In this document: one piece after another, positions 19,973-31,289 of the stretch
How the letters are laid out: every line of letters begins with the position of its first letter
How positions within the stretch are numbered: position 1 is the stretch's first letter
Position numbers and translations under genes: made by a program
From: Nitrosopumilus sp.
GTDB lineage: Archaea > Thermoproteota > Nitrososphaeria > Nitrososphaerales > Nitrosopumilaceae
Reading direction: 5' to 3'
NCBI GenBank assembly: GCA_965205675.1
Contig: OZ242186.1
Location: 1,856,001-1,920,000 of the forward strand
Length of the DNA stretch: 64,000 nucleotides
The notes under the pieces: generated by a model
What the model was told of the DNA's origin: nothing
The model's database searches: none
What the model saw: the letters and a program-made list of their open reading frames with translations, nothing else

Positions 19973-21403
19973 CTACATCAAAGAAACATCATGAGGTTGA
20001 CTTTCTGCAAATCCAGCTCTTGACATTTTGATAAATTCTGCATTTTCTTGCATTTGTGGAATTGTATGTGCACCACAATAGCTTAATCCAGAACGTATTC
20101 CACCTGTTAATTGTTTTAGAATATCAGTTACAGTTCCTTTGTATGGAACCATTGCCTCTACACCTTCTGCAACATAGTCATTAAGATCATCATCAAGGGA
20201 CATTGAGCCTGTTTCTTTAGATTTTCTTCCTAGGGAGGCAGCTAAAGAGGCCATGCCACGATAAACTTTGAATCGTTTCCCATTTTTAGTTAACACAGTA
20301 CCAGGAGATTCATCAGTACCGCCAAGCATACTGCCTACCATCACAGTTGATGCACCAGAAGCTAATGCTTTAGTTGCATCACCTGAAGTCCTAGTTCCAC
20401 CATCAGAAATTATTGGAACACCATGGTCCTTGCCTACTTTTGCACAATCTATTACGGCAGTTAATTGTGGAACTCCAGAACCTGTAATTACTCTAGTGAT
20501 ACAAATTGAACCAGAACCTACACCTACTTTTACTGCATCTACACCAGCTTTAATCAAGTCTTCAGCACCTTGAGCAGTTGCAATATTTCCTGCAATCAAT
20601 TCACAGTTTGGAAATGCTTTTTTGATATTTCGTACAGTGCTAATTGCATTTGCACTATGTCCATGAGCAATATCAACAACAAGAACATCGACTCCCGCTT
20701 CTAAAAGAGATTCACTTCTTTCTAAAAAGTCACCTTTTACTCCAACTGCTGCACCAACTAGAGGTCTACCTTTCTTATCTTTAGAGGCATTTGGAAAATT
20801 TTCATTGTTAGTGATATCTTTACTTGTAATCAAACCCTTGATTATTCCTGAATCATCAACTATTGGTAATTTTTCAATTCTATGTTTGTGTAAGATGTCT
20901 TTAGATTCGTCTAATGTAACACCAAGTTTTGCAGTTACAACATCTTTTGTCATTACATCTTGAATTTTACTAGTTTTGCTTGCAAATAACAAATCTCGTT
21001 CAGTGACAATACCGATTAATTTTGAATCAGGATCAACAACTAAAAGTCCCGAAATCTCTTTATCTTCTGCATAATCTAAAGCATCTTCAATAGATTTCTC
21101 AGGGGAAATGGAGTAAGGATTTTCAATCATAATACTACCTGATCGTTTTACTTTGAGAATCTCATTTGCCTGCTCTTTGATTGTCAAAAATCTATGAATG
21201 ATGCCTATGCCCCCAGCACGAGCCATGGCTCCTGCCATAGAAGATTCAGTCACAGTGTCCATATTTGCACTCACAAAAGGGATGTTAATTGTAATATTTC
21301 GAGATAATTGTGTACTTAGATCTGTTTGGCTTCTACTAGTGATATCTGAATATTTGGGTACGAGAAGAACGTCGTCAAAAGTTAATCCTTCTTTGAATTC
21401 CAA
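19973..21403 (-). CDS. guaB: IMP dehydrogenase
   Basis: LTFDDVLLVP, CBS pair, VGVGSGSICITR, YRGMAS. Confidence 0.97.
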   Translation of the reverse strand: MEFKEGLTFDDVLLVPKYSDITSRSQTDLSTQLSRNITINIPFVSANMDTVTESSMAGAMARAGGIGIIHRFLTIKEQANEILKVKRSGSIMIENPYSISPEKSIEDALDYAEDKEISGLLVVDPDSKLIGIVTERDLLFASKTSKIQDVMTKDVVTAKLGVTLDESKDILHKHRIEKLPIVDDSGIIKGLITSKDITNNENFPNASKDKKGRPLVGAAVGVKGDFLERSESLLEAGVDVLVVDIAHGHSANAISTVRNIKKAFPNCELIAGNIATAQGAEDLIKAGVDAVKVGVGSGSICITRVITGSGVPQLTAVIDCAKVGKDHGVPIISDGGTRTSGDATKALASGASTVMVGSMLGGTDESPGTVLTKNGKRFKVYRGMASLAASLGRKSKETGSMSLDDDLNDYVAEGVEAMVPYKGTVTDILKQLTGGIRSGLSYCGAHTIPQMQENAEFIKMSRAGFAESQPHDVSLM

Positions 21404-21433
21404 TGAAACCTTGTTAAGAAAGTAAAATATCGA

Positions 21434-22315
21434 TTATAAGCCTTTGTGTTGTTTTAAGAGTTCAGAGGCGATCATAATTGCATCTTTTGTTGCTCCTACA
21501 TTATGGGTACGAATAACATCAGCTCCATTTATCACAGAAACTGTTTCGGCGGCAATTGAGCCAAATAATCGATCATTTGGATTTTCTTTTTTCAGAATTT
21601 TTCCAAGAAATGATTTATTTGAAACAGAGATCAAAACAGGAAATTTCCGTTTTATGGAATTTAGGTTTGTTAATATAGATAGATCTCTTTTTAACCAATC
21701 AGTTTTAATTTTTGTAAAAAATGGACCTTTACCTGTTTTTCTGAAAAATCCAATAGCAGGATCTAAAACAATCTTTTTAGAAGAAATATGTGATTTTTTT
21801 GCTATCTTTAAGCTATCTTGAAGTAATTTTTTAGTTACAAGTACGTTATTAGCACTACTGACAGTTTTTGGACTATATGCACATAAAATTAAAGAGGGGT
21901 TAAATTTTGAGATCACTTTTTGCATTTGTTTATCATATTTTAATCCGGAAATATCATTAATGATTTCAACATCATGTTCTAAAGCATCTTGTGCAACTTT
22001 TGCCCTACAAGTATCAACAGAAATTGGAAGATTGGAAAAATTTTGAACTATTTTAATCGCATCAAGAATTCTTTTTGATTCTATTTTTTCTGAAACTGTG
22101 GTAGACAGATATGGTGCAGTAGACATTCCTCCAATATCAATAAAATCTGCACCCTGAGATTCCATCAGTTTAACATTATTTTTTATGAGAATTTTACTAG
22201 TACTAACAGATTTTTTATGAAACGATTCAGGACTGGTGTTTAAAATACCCATAATACGAACCGGATTTTTTCCACCTACACACACATTGCCAAGTTTAGC
22301 CACATAGTTTATCAA
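21434..22315 (-). CDS. folP: Dihydropteroate synthase
   Basis: MGILNTSPESF, DIGGMSTAP, SVDT, INDISG, RTHNV. Confidence 0.92.
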   Translation of the reverse strand: MINYVAKLGNVCVGGKNPVRIMGILNTSPESFHKKSVSTSKILIKNNVKLMESQGADFIDIGGMSTAPYLSTTVSEKIESKRILDAIKIVQNFSNLPISVDTCRAKVAQDALEHDVEIINDISGLKYDKQMQKVISKFNPSLILCAYSPKTVSSANNVLVTKKLLQDSLKIAKKSHISSKKIVLDPAIGFFRKTGKGPFFTKIKTDWLKRDLSILTNLNSIKRKFPVLISVSNKSFLGKILKKENPNDRLFGSIAAETVSVINGADVIRTHNVGATKDAIMIASELLKQHKGL

Positions 22316-22327
22316 ATCTAATATAAT

Positions 22328-23074
22328 TTGAGTGATATGATGATTTCAGGTTGGAAAAAGAGATATCAAGAGATTTTAAAAGAATTCAACTATAGTGAAA
22401 AAAAGGATAAAGAGTCAGCTATTATTTTAAATTCAATCCTAAAGAAAATGGATACTAGCAAAAAAATTAGAGATTTGGTGAAAGGAAAAACAGTTTTAGT
22501 TATCGGTTCAGGTCCATCATTATCATCAGCTATTTTAAAATTAAAAAATTATAAAAAAATTGTAAAGATTGCTGCAGATAGTTCAATAAAACCACTGATA
22601 GAAAATGGAATCATACCAGATATCATCATAACAGATTTGGATGGAGATAAAAAAACGTTAAAAAAAATTGGAAGAACCAGTTCTATTTTTATTGTACATG
22701 CACATGGAGATAATATAGAAAAATTAGAATTTGTTAAAAAATTTAAAAATTGTATGGGAACAACACAATCTATTCCTTTTGATAAAATACAAAACTTTGG
22801 TGGTTTTACAGATGGGGACAGAGGAGTTTTTCTCGCAAATTATTTTCAAGCAAAGAAAATTATTCTCTTTGGCATGGATTTTGGGGAACAGATAGGAAAA
22901 TTTTCAGAAACTAAAAGAGCAGATAGAAAAATAAAATTAATGAAATTAAAACGAGGAGAATTTCTTTTAAATTGGCTATCTACATTTACAAAATCAGAAT
23001 TATTTACAACCTCAAAGCCAATTAAAGGATTTAAAAAAATATCATACAAAGAACTTGATATTATAATTACCTAG
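22328..23074 (+). CDS. mptE: 6-hydroxymethyl-7,8-dihydropterin pyrophosphokinase (MptE-like)
   Basis: GSGPSL, TDLDG, HAHGDN, NFGGFTDGDR; divergent from folP. Confidence 0.88.
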   Translation: MSDMMISGWKKRYQEILKEFNYSEKKDKESAIILNSILKKMDTSKKIRDLVKGKTVLVIGSGPSLSSAILKLKNYKKIVKIAADSSIKPLIENGIIPDIIITDLDGDKKTLKKIGRTSSIFIVHAHGDNIEKLEFVKKFKNCMGTTQSIPFDKIQNFGGFTDGDRGVFLANYFQAKKIILFGMDFGEQIGKFSETKRADRKIKLMKLKRGEFLLNWLSTFTKSELFTTSKPIKGFKKISYKELDIIIT

Positions 23075-23109
23075 AATGCATTTAATACCCATTCTTCATT
23101 AAACAAATT

Positions 23110-23676
23110 ATGAAATTCTCAGAGGACCAAGTAAAAGAGATTGTTGCTTTGAAGGAAACTTTGATCGAGCAAATTGGTAAACATCAAGAAGGGATAGAGA
23201 TGCTAGAAAAAAACATTACAGTATTAGATCTGTTCCTAAAAGACTCTAGTTTTACAAAAGCTTCTCAATTAAAAACAAGAAAAGAAGAAGTTAAACCAGA
23301 GATCATAGAAAAACCTGTAGAAAATTCAATTCCAATTAAAAGAGTAAATGATGGTAAAATTATTGCCAATGCATTTGTAACACCAGATCAAGTTTCCATA
23401 ATTTTAGATAATGAAATTGCAATTAATGCAGACACACCACCTTTCAAATCATTTTTTTTAGATAGAATAATTGGAGAAATGAAAAAGAAAGACTCCAGAG
23501 AAGCAGAAAATGGGAAAATCCAGAAAGAATCGATAATTGAATATATTATTAACAAAAATGGTGCAGACATCAGAGAGATAATAATCAAAAATTACAGGCA
23601 GAAAGAAAGAGTAAATGAATTGATTAACACAGCAGGGTGGTCACTAACAAGAATGCTTGAGAACGTAAACAAGTGA
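23110..23676 (+). CDS. Hypothetical protein
   Basis: 188-aa ORF with N-terminal coiled coil, directly upstream of guaA. Confidence 0.8.
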   Translation: MKFSEDQVKEIVALKETLIEQIGKHQEGIEMLEKNITVLDLFLKDSSFTKASQLKTRKEEVKPEIIEKPVENSIPIKRVNDGKIIANAFVTPDQVSIILDNEIAINADTPPFKSFFLDRIIGEMKKKDSREAENGKIQKESIIEYIINKNGADIREIIIKNYRQKERVNELINTAGWSLTRMLENVNK

Positions 23677-23680
23677 TGAT

Positions 23681-25204
23681 ATGGATAAGATTGTAGTTTT
23701 AGATTTTGGATCACAGTATAGTCATTTAATTTGTAGAAGAATCAGAGAATTTTCTGTTTATGCAGAACTTGTTCCATATGATATTAGTTATGAAGAATTG
23801 CAAAAACTAAAACCGATAGGAATAATTTTTTCCGGAGGTCCATCAAGTGTTTATAGTTCAAATGCTCCAATTCCAGAAAATAAAATTTTTGATATGAATT
23901 TACCATTACTTGGAATTTGTTATGGTCATCAATTGATTGTTAACAAATACGGAGGCAAAGTCAAAAGAACAAATAAAGAATATGGTTCATCACTACTAAC
24001 AATTGATAATGATGAAGATCTTCTAAATGGGGTTGGTGAATCAGTTAGAGCATGGATGAGTCATGGTGATGAAGCAGAACAAATCCCGAAAGGCTTCAAA
24101 GTGATTGGCCATACAAAAAGTGCAAAAGCAGCTGCAATTGCCTCAGAAGAAAAATCAATCTACGGTATCCAATTCCATCCCGAAGTAGTACATACAGAAC
24201 AAGGTACAGAAATTCTCAAGAATTTTGTTTTGAAGGTCTGTGGTGCTAAACCAGATTGGACCATGGAAAATTTTATTGATACAGCTGTCAAAAAGATTTC
24301 AAGAGTTGACGGTAGTGTTCTTTGTGGAGTTAGTGGAGGAATAGACTCTACAGTTGTAGCATTATTAATTCATAAAGCAATTGGAGATAGGCTAAAGTGT
24401 GTTTTTGTAAATAATGGTTTGCTACGGTTAAATGAAGAAAAAGAAATTGAAGAGATGTTTAAAGATAATTTCAAAGTAGATTTTACATCAGTAGATGCAT
24501 CCAAAGCATTTCTTGGGAAACTCAAAGGAATAGAAGATCCCGAAAGAAAAAGAAAAATTGTAGGAGAAGAATTCATTCGGGTTTTTACTGAATTTGCAAA
24601 AGAAAATGGCCCTTTCAAATGGTTAGCTCAAGGTACATTATATCCAGATGTGATTGAAAGTGGAGTGTCAAAAGGCCCTGCTGCAGTAATCAAATCGCAT
24701 CACAATGTAGGGGGATTGCCAGATTGGCTCAATCTAGAGATTTTAGAACCAGTAAGGGACCTGTACAAAGATGAAGTAAGACAAATTGCAAAAATTCTTC
24801 AGGTTCCAGAAAAACTTTTCATGAGACATCCATTTCCAGGTCCAGGTTTGTCAGTTAGGATAATTGGCGAAGTTACTCCAACAAAACTAGAGACTTGTAA
24901 AGTAGCTAGTAAGATTGTAGAAGAAGAATTGATGGATGCTGGCTTGTATGAAAAAGTATGGCAAGCATATGCAGCAGTAGGAGACGATAGAGCAGTAGGG
25001 GTTGTAGGAGATGAGCGTCGATATGGAAACATAGTAATGATTAGAGTAGTAGATTCAATTGATGCAATGACTGCAGATTGGACAAGATTACCACACGGAT
25101 TATTAGAAAAAATGAGTAACAGAATAACAAATGAAATTGAAGATGTTACTTGGGTTACCTATACCATTTCAAGTAAACCACCGGCAACAATTGAGCCACA
25201 GTAG
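23681..25204 (+). CDS. guaA: GMP synthase (glutamine-hydrolysing)
   Basis: DFGSQY, GICYGHQ, QFHPEV, SGGIDS, IKSHHNVGG, KPPATIE. Confidence 0.97.
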   Translation: MDKIVVLDFGSQYSHLICRRIREFSVYAELVPYDISYEELQKLKPIGIIFSGGPSSVYSSNAPIPENKIFDMNLPLLGICYGHQLIVNKYGGKVKRTNKEYGSSLLTIDNDEDLLNGVGESVRAWMSHGDEAEQIPKGFKVIGHTKSAKAAAIASEEKSIYGIQFHPEVVHTEQGTEILKNFVLKVCGAKPDWTMENFIDTAVKKISRVDGSVLCGVSGGIDSTVVALLIHKAIGDRLKCVFVNNGLLRLNEEKEIEEMFKDNFKVDFTSVDASKAFLGKLKGIEDPERKRKIVGEEFIRVFTEFAKENGPFKWLAQGTLYPDVIESGVSKGPAAVIKSHHNVGGLPDWLNLEILEPVRDLYKDEVRQIAKILQVPEKLFMRHPFPGPGLSVRIIGEVTPTKLETCKVASKIVEEELMDAGLYEKVWQAYAAVGDDRAVGVVGDERRYGNIVMIRVVDSIDAMTADWTRLPHGLLEKMSNRITNEIEDVTWVTYTISSKPPATIEPQ

Positions 25205-25212
25205 GGATAAGA

Positions 25213-25569
25213 ATGGAATATGAAAAAATTTGTGAACAGATTTTAGAATGTGATGATGATATTCGATATGTAGGGATTTATGATTTTGGAGAACTATATG
25301 ATAAAATGCGACCTGGATTAAAAAATCATTTATCAAGAGAAGAAACAGAAATGTCTTTGTCCCAAGCAGTTTATCGATGGTCTACACGTAAAAAAACTGC
25401 AGATAAAATTGGAAAGCCAATTTATGCATTATCAAAATATGAAAAAATCTACAGAATAACTATTCCAATTGGAGGTGCAGGACTAGTTCTAATCAGCACC
25501 GAGTTAAATGCCAATGTAAATTTAATTATAGAAAAAATTATAACAATTAAAGATCAATATTCATCATAA
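25213..25569 (+). CDS. Roadblock/profilin-like small protein (thaumarchaeal family)
   Basis: CEQILECDDDIRYVGI..IGKPIY pattern. Confidence 0.65.
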   Translation: MEYEKICEQILECDDDIRYVGIYDFGELYDKMRPGLKNHLSREETEMSLSQAVYRWSTRKKTADKIGKPIYALSKYEKIYRITIPIGGAGLVLISTELNANVNLIIEKIITIKDQYSS

Positions 25570-25572
25570 TTT

Positions 25573-25842
25573 GTGGTTGATGTGGATTTTCATGTTTTTG
25601 ACACATATGTAAAAGCAAAAGATGGGCATACAATGCATTTTGATGTAGTTACAGAAACAAGTGATATAGAAAAAGCAATCTCATTTGCTAAAATATGGCT
25701 AAAATCTATTGGAGAAGAATCATCCACAGTAACTACAAATGAATGTAAGTTTTGTCACACACAATCTGTTCTCGAGGATATGGAGATCGAAATCATGATA
25801 GACGGATATTCTATTTCGAAGATGGAAGGGTGTCCAAATTAA
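25573..25842 (+). CDS. DUF2024-family protein
   Basis: HVFDTYVK..MHFDV..CKFCH..GCP. Confidence 0.8.
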   Translation: MVDVDFHVFDTYVKAKDGHTMHFDVVTETSDIEKAISFAKIWLKSIGEESSTVTTNECKFCHTQSVLEDMEIEIMIDGYSISKMEGCPN

Positions 25843-26702
25843 AGCACACATGCACCAAAAACACCTGCAGAATCACCTAGTTTATTTTTCAAAATAGGAG
25901 TATCCACTAGGTCTGAAAATACTTTGTTGTGCACTGATTCTTTTCCCTCAGTGTACAAAAAATCAATATTTGATAAGCCACCGCCTAAAACAATTGCATC
26001 AGGATCCAAGATATCAATAACATTTGCAAGACCGTATCCAAAATTTTCTATAAACTCATGTTTCCATCTTTTTCCATGTTCATTATCAATACTAGTAATA
26101 ATATCTGGAAGGGATTGGGATTTTCCTGTGAGATTAGTCCAATGATTTTCAAGAGAAGGGCCGCTAATGTAAGTCTCTACACATCCAGATTTTCCGCAAT
26201 AACATTGACGTCCATTACGATGTAATGTATGATGACCCCACTCACCACAGATATTTGTTCGTCCAGGATACAGTTTCTTATCAATTATGATTCCACCACC
26301 TACGCCAGTACCAAGTATGGCGCCAAAAACTAAATCAAAATTAATAGCTGCACCCAGTGTTGCCTCAGCTAATGCAAAACAATTAGCATCATTTTCTATA
26401 GAAATTTTTCTTTCTGTCTTATTTTCCAGATCTTCTTTTAGAGATTTTCCAATAAGACATTGTGTATTACTGTTTTTAATTAATCCAGTTTGTTTAGAAA
26501 TTGCGCCAGGTGTACAAATTCCTAATGAAAAATCAGAGATATTTTTGGATATTTCTGATACAAGATAAGAGATAGAATCTAGAATTCTTTGATAATCATT
26601 TTGAGGTGTTGGAATTCTTTTTCTTTCAATAACATTCAATTTTTCATCCAATAAAATAGACTCAATTTTAGTACCACCTAAATCAACACCTAATTTGTAC
26701 AT
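25839..26702 (-). CDS. ROK family sugar kinase
   Basis: GVDLGGTK, ENDANC, GTGVGGG, GEWGH, CYCG. Confidence 0.93.
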   Translation of the reverse strand: MYKLGVDLGGTKIESILLDEKLNVIERKRIPTPQNDYQRILDSISYLVSEISKNISDFSLGICTPGAISKQTGLIKNSNTQCLIGKSLKEDLENKTERKISIENDANCFALAEATLGAAINFDLVFGAILGTGVGGGIIIDKKLYPGRTNICGEWGHHTLHRNGRQCYCGKSGCVETYISGPSLENHWTNLTGKSQSLPDIITSIDNEHGKRWKHEFIENFGYGLANVIDILDPDAIVLGGGLSNIDFLYTEGKESVHNKVFSDLVDTPILKNKLGDSAGVFGACVL

Positions 26703-26746
26703 TAATTATATACAAAAACTAAAACGCTTAAGCTTTAACTAAGATT

Positions 26747-28369
26747 TTAGCCCATAGGAGGCATGCCGCCACCGCCCGGAGCTCCAGATATGGCGATAAC
26801 ATCATCAATTCTAAGAACCATACATGCTGCTTCAGTGGCAGATTTGATAATTTGTTCTTTAACTACAATTGGTTCTACAACATTAATTGCCATCATATCT
26901 GCAATCTTCATATTTTTAGCATCAATACCAGTCCATTTTTGACCTTGATTTTGTTTTGCTCTAAGGTTAGCCATAGTATCAATTGGATCCATTCCTGCAT
27001 TTTCTGCTATAGTTAATGGAATAGTTTCAAGGGCTTCTGCATATTTCTTAATTGCAAGTTGTTCTCTACCATCAAAATTATCAGCCCAATCTTTGAGTAA
27101 TGAGGCTGCAAATGCTTCAGGGGCACCGCCACCAGCTACAATTGCTGGTTTTTCAATAACATCTTTTACTACCATTAAAGAATCATGAATTGAGCGATCT
27201 ACTTCATCAATTACTCTTTGAGTTCCACCACGAATTAACATTGTAACTGATTGTGGGTGTTTACATCCTTCAATGAAGACCCATTTGTCAGATTCAACTT
27301 TCTTTTGGTGAGCCAAATTTGCAGCGCCAAGATCATCTTCTGAGAGATCATCAAGATTACTAATTACGCGTCCACCTGTAGCTTTAGAGAGTTTAATCAT
27401 GTCACTTTCTTTTACACGACGTACTGCCATGATACCATATTTTGCAAGATAGTGTTGTGAAATATCATCAATTCCTTTTTGACAAATTAACACGTTAGCT
27501 CCAACATCATGTAGTTTGTCAACCATAGACTTTAACATTCTATTTTCTTCTTCTAAGAACATCTGCATTTGTGTCGGGTCAGTAATTCTAATTTCTGAAC
27601 TTAATTCAGTTTTTTCAATTTCTAATGCAGAATTCACTAGTGCAATTTTTGCATTTTCAATTTTTGTAGGCATTCCACTGTGAACAATTTCTTTATCTAA
27701 AACAATTCCTTTAACAATTTGAGTATTATCTATAGAGCCACCAGCCTTCTTTTCTACTTTGATATTTTCAATATCTACAGAGTAAGTATCACCTTTTTTT
27801 GTTGCAATGCTAAGTATTGCATCAACTATGATTTTAGAAAGTAATGAACTGTCTTCAGAAATTAATTTTGATTGCATGCTTGTTGTTGCAATTTTTAAAA
27901 GAGATGCCTTATCATCAGGCTGTATTTGTTTTGCTAAATCGGAGTAAATTTCAAGAACTTTATCAGATGCTGCCTGATATCCATCAATAATAGTTGAGGC
28001 ATGAACATCTTTGTTGAGAAGATCTTCTGCTCGTGCTAATAATGCACCTCCAAAAATTACAGAAGATGTAGTACCATCACCTACTTCATTATCTACAGTT
28101 TTAGAGATTTCAACCATCATTTTAGCCGCTGGATGCTGAACATCAATTTCTTTTAGAATTGTCGCTCCATCATTTGTAATAGTAACATCACCTAAGGAAT
28201 CAACTAACATTTTATCAAGACCTCTAGGTCCAAGACTACTTCGGACTAGTTGTGCTACCAATTTGGCTGCAGCAATATTATTTTGTTGGGCATCCTTACC
28301 TTTTTGCTGTAATGCACTCTCTTTGAGAACTAAAACAGGTCCATTTGGTCCTTGCTGAATTGATGCCAT
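26747..28369 (-). CDS. ths: Thermosome (group II chaperonin) subunit
   Basis: [33 protein letters not shown] tail. Confidence 0.97.
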   Translation of the reverse strand: MASIQQGPNGPVLVLKESALQQKGKDAQQNNIAAAKLVAQLVRSSLGPRGLDKMLVDSLGDVTITNDGATILKEIDVQHPAAKMMVEISKTVDNEVGDGTTSSVIFGGALLARAEDLLNKDVHASTIIDGYQAASDKVLEIYSDLAKQIQPDDKASLLKIATTSMQSKLISEDSSLLSKIIVDAILSIATKKGDTYSVDIENIKVEKKAGGSIDNTQIVKGIVLDKEIVHSGMPTKIENAKIALVNSALEIEKTELSSEIRITDPTQMQMFLEEENRMLKSMVDKLHDVGANVLICQKGIDDISQHYLAKYGIMAVRRVKESDMIKLSKATGGRVISNLDDLSEDDLGAANLAHQKKVESDKWVFIEGCKHPQSVTMLIRGGTQRVIDEVDRSIHDSLMVVKDVIEKPAIVAGGGAPEAFAASLLKDWADNFDGREQLAIKKYAEALETIPLTIAENAGMDPIDTMANLRAKQNQGQKWTGIDAKNMKIADMMAINVVEPIVVKEQIIKSATEAACMVLRIDDVIAISGAPGGGGMPPMG

Positions 28370-28412
28370 TTAGATTAGCTTCAATCCACCAAATCCCCCT
28401 TTTTAACATTAC

Positions 28413-30176
28413 TTAGTAGATCGCTGGTATGTAACTTCGTTTTTTTATATCAACAATTCCACTAGAAAGAATTCTAACTGATGGCAGAGCCAAGAAAGGT
28501 AAGAATAGTGGAATCAGATGTGGTTTAGAAAAGTTAGAACCCGAATCTACAATAGTGTTATTGATTTTTTTAAAATTAGATGAAACTTTTTCAAAAGAAT
28601 CTGTAGATACAATACCTCCAAATTGTAAAGGTAGAGAAGCAAGGATTTTTCCAAATTTAACTACAACAAGGCCACCTTGATTCTTGATAAGATGATTGCA
28701 TGCAACTGCCATATCAGAATCATCAGATCCAATTACAATCATGTCATTTTCATGAAAACTCCAAGTTGAAGCAAAAGCACCAATATCTGCGCCAAAATTT
28801 TCCAGAAATCCCATAGAATGTTTACGAGTTCCATGAACTCTATCAAATGCAGCAACTTTCCAAACATCAAGATCAGAAGAGGCAGATACATGACCGTTTA
28901 TAGAACAAAGTTCAGCAGATCCTAACTTTGTAATAATCTCAGTTTGCATATAGATAGTATTTGCAATAACATCTTTCTTTTTGGATTTTAAAATAAAATC
29001 ATTTTTTGAAAAATTTTTTAATTTTACAGTTTTTTTAATCCAAGATGGAATTGTTTGTTTTTTAATCGATGTGATTATTTGTCCATTAGATACTATTAGC
29101 TTACCTCCAAGAAAGACTTTGTTTGGTTTAAATGATTTCAAATCATCAAAAACTAGAATATCAGCCAATTTTCCAGGAGCTAAACCTCCAAGATCTTTTC
29201 CCATATTGTAATAATCAAAATTATTCTTAGATGCCATTGTGATTGCATCTATTGGTTTTAGACCAAGTTTGATTGATTCTCTTATGCAATGATCTATGTG
29301 ACCGAACTTGGATATGTCAAGTGGATCAAGACCATCAGAACAAAACATTAATTGATTAAGATATGTCCCATGAGACAATACACGAGGAATTATTTCTTTC
29401 AAATCACGTCTAATAGAACCCTCTCTAATCATTATCCACATTCCAAGACGTAATCTTTCTAAAACCTGATCAAAGTTGATTGGTTCGTGACACGATAACA
29501 CTCCAGATGAAACATATGCGTTAAGTTTTTTCTCACTTGCACCAGCAGTATGCCCATTTATTATACAATCACATTCCAACATTGATGAAAGTGATTTCAT
29601 GGTTTTTGGTTCACGTAATGTAACTTTAGTCCAAGAAAAAACTTCACCTAATCCAAGAACGTGGGGATGTTTTATTGCAGATTTTTCTTGTGATAATGAT
29701 AGAGATTTACTACTACTAAATTTTGCATCTACTGGAAGACCTCCTGGCACTACTTGAAAAATTCTAATTGGCAGATTCTCACCAAGTTTAAGAAATTCTT
29801 GAAAACCTCGATATCCAGCAACACTTACGATATCAATAGGATCAGAGAATAGAGATGTCACTCCACAGAGTAAAGCCTTTTTTGCAAATTCAGATGGTAA
29901 CACAAATTGATCAATATGTAAATGAGGATCTGCAAATCCAGGACTAACATATTTTCCCTTTAGATCGATTACAGTAGTTTTAGGGCCTGTTGTATGTGTA
30001 GCATTAGGACCAACATACGCAATTCTATCATTAGTAATAGCAATCTGAATTTTTGGAATTATTTCTCTTGTATACACAGAAAGTAAATTACAATTTTTTA
30101 AAATCAGATCGGCTTTCTTATCACCCATTGCTACGGAGTTAAGAGATAAGATCGAATTTGCTAGGCTCGAAGTCAC
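28413..30176 (-). CDS. ade: Adenine deaminase
   Basis: PGFADPHLHID, INGH, CHE, REGS, C-terminal FLALP. Confidence 0.88.
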   Translation of the reverse strand: MTSSLANSILSLNSVAMGDKKADLILKNCNLLSVYTREIIPKIQIAITNDRIAYVGPNATHTTGPKTTVIDLKGKYVSPGFADPHLHIDQFVLPSEFAKKALLCGVTSLFSDPIDIVSVAGYRGFQEFLKLGENLPIRIFQVVPGGLPVDAKFSSSKSLSLSQEKSAIKHPHVLGLGEVFSWTKVTLREPKTMKSLSSMLECDCIINGHTAGASEKKLNAYVSSGVLSCHEPINFDQVLERLRLGMWIMIREGSIRRDLKEIIPRVLSHGTYLNQLMFCSDGLDPLDISKFGHIDHCIRESIKLGLKPIDAITMASKNNFDYYNMGKDLGGLAPGKLADILVFDDLKSFKPNKVFLGGKLIVSNGQIITSIKKQTIPSWIKKTVKLKNFSKNDFILKSKKKDVIANTIYMQTEIITKLGSAELCSINGHVSASSDLDVWKVAAFDRVHGTRKHSMGFLENFGADIGAFASTWSFHENDMIVIGSDDSDMAVACNHLIKNQGGLVVVKFGKILASLPLQFGGIVSTDSFEKVSSNFKKINNTIVDSGSNFSKPHLIPLFLPFLALPSVRILSSGIVDIKKRSYIPAIY

Positions 30177-30246
30177 TTCTTTTAATTGGGTTTTGCGCCT
30201 ATTATAGATTCAATGCTTAAATTACGGTTGAAGAGGTTTTGTTGAT

Positions 30247-30528
30247 ATGAACATCCCTAAGGTGATCAGAAAGTATTGTGCAAAATGTAAAACACATACT
30301 GAACAAAAGGTCTCCATTTACAAAGCTGGAAAAAGACGTGGTTCTGCCAGAGGTGAGCGTAGACATGCAGAACGTAAACAGGGATATGGTGGACAAAAGT
30401 TTCCAAAATTAGCAAAACCAGCCAAAGTTACAAAAAAAGTTACTCCTCTTATGACATGTACTGTTTGTAAAAAGAAATACAATAAAAAAGGCGTTAGAAT
30501 TAAGAAATTTGAGCTGGTGGCTGCATGA
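30247..30528 (+). CDS. rpl44e: 50S ribosomal protein L44e
   Basis: YCAKCKTHT..GYGGQ..KVTKK..CTVC. Confidence 0.96.
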   Translation: MNIPKVIRKYCAKCKTHTEQKVSIYKAGKRRGSARGERRHAERKQGYGGQKFPKLAKPAKVTKKVTPLMTCTVCKKKYNKKGVRIKKFELVAA

Positions 30529-30722
30529 AAAAAGATCATGTGGGAATTCCAAAACCATCAAGCAAATTTCAAAAAGTTAATTGTAACGAATGTGGTGAAA
30601 TACAAGTTATTTATTCACATGCATCAACACAAATTGCATGCAATTCCTGTGGAAACACCATTTCAGAACCAACAGGATCAAAAGCACAAATTAACGGTAG
30701 AATCTCAGGCAGTGCTGAGTAA
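30525..30722 (+). CDS. rps27e: 30S ribosomal protein S27e
   Basis: PSSKFQKVNCNEC..SHAS..CNSC..PTG. Confidence 0.95.
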   Translation: MKKDHVGIPKPSSKFQKVNCNECGEIQVIYSHASTQIACNSCGNTISEPTGSKAQINGRISGSAE

Positions 30723-31289
30723 ATCATAATCTTGTTTAGAATTTAGATTAAAAGCCACTCTTTTATCATCAATTATAATATAATTTTCAATTAAGGTTTC
30801 TAGAGATAAGATTTTTTCTGAATTTATCAAAGAAAGTCCGGTGTAATGACAGATTTGTCCATCAAAAGTGACAGAGTAATCAGATTCTAAACCAAGGGTT
30901 GTTAAAAATTTGTTAGTAACCAAAATACTAGTCCAAATCTTTTTAGGATCAAATTGATTGATTATTATTTGTATTATTTCTTTATCCAAAAACGGTAAAT
31001 CACCAGATACGACTAGAATAGAATCATGAATAGTTTTTAATGTTGAATTTAGATCTTCAACATAACCAATTCCGGATGTATCAAGAGTTTCAATATTATT
31101 TTCTTCTAATAGTTTTTTTGTTTTAGGAGAATTGCAACTAGTTGCAGCTAATATTTTTGAAAAAGATTTTGAATTTTTTAATGAATCAACTACATGCAAT
31201 ATTATAGGTTTTTTATATTTGAGTAATAATTTTTCATCAGTTAAATTCATTCGAGTGCCTTTACCACCAGCCATAATCAATCCAATCAT
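30705..31289 (-). CDS. cobY: Adenosylcobinamide-phosphate guanylyltransferase
   Basis: MAGGKGTRM NTP-transferase motif; follows cobS. Confidence 0.85.
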   Translation of the reverse strand: MIGLIMAGGKGTRMNLTDEKLLLKYKKPIILHVVDSLKNSKSFSKILAATSCNSPKTKKLLEENNIETLDTSGIGYVEDLNSTLKTIHDSILVVSGDLPFLDKEIIQIIINQFDPKKIWTSILVTNKFLTTLGLESDYSVTFDGQICHYTGLSLINSEKILSLETLIENYIIIDDKRVAFNLNSKQDYDLLSTA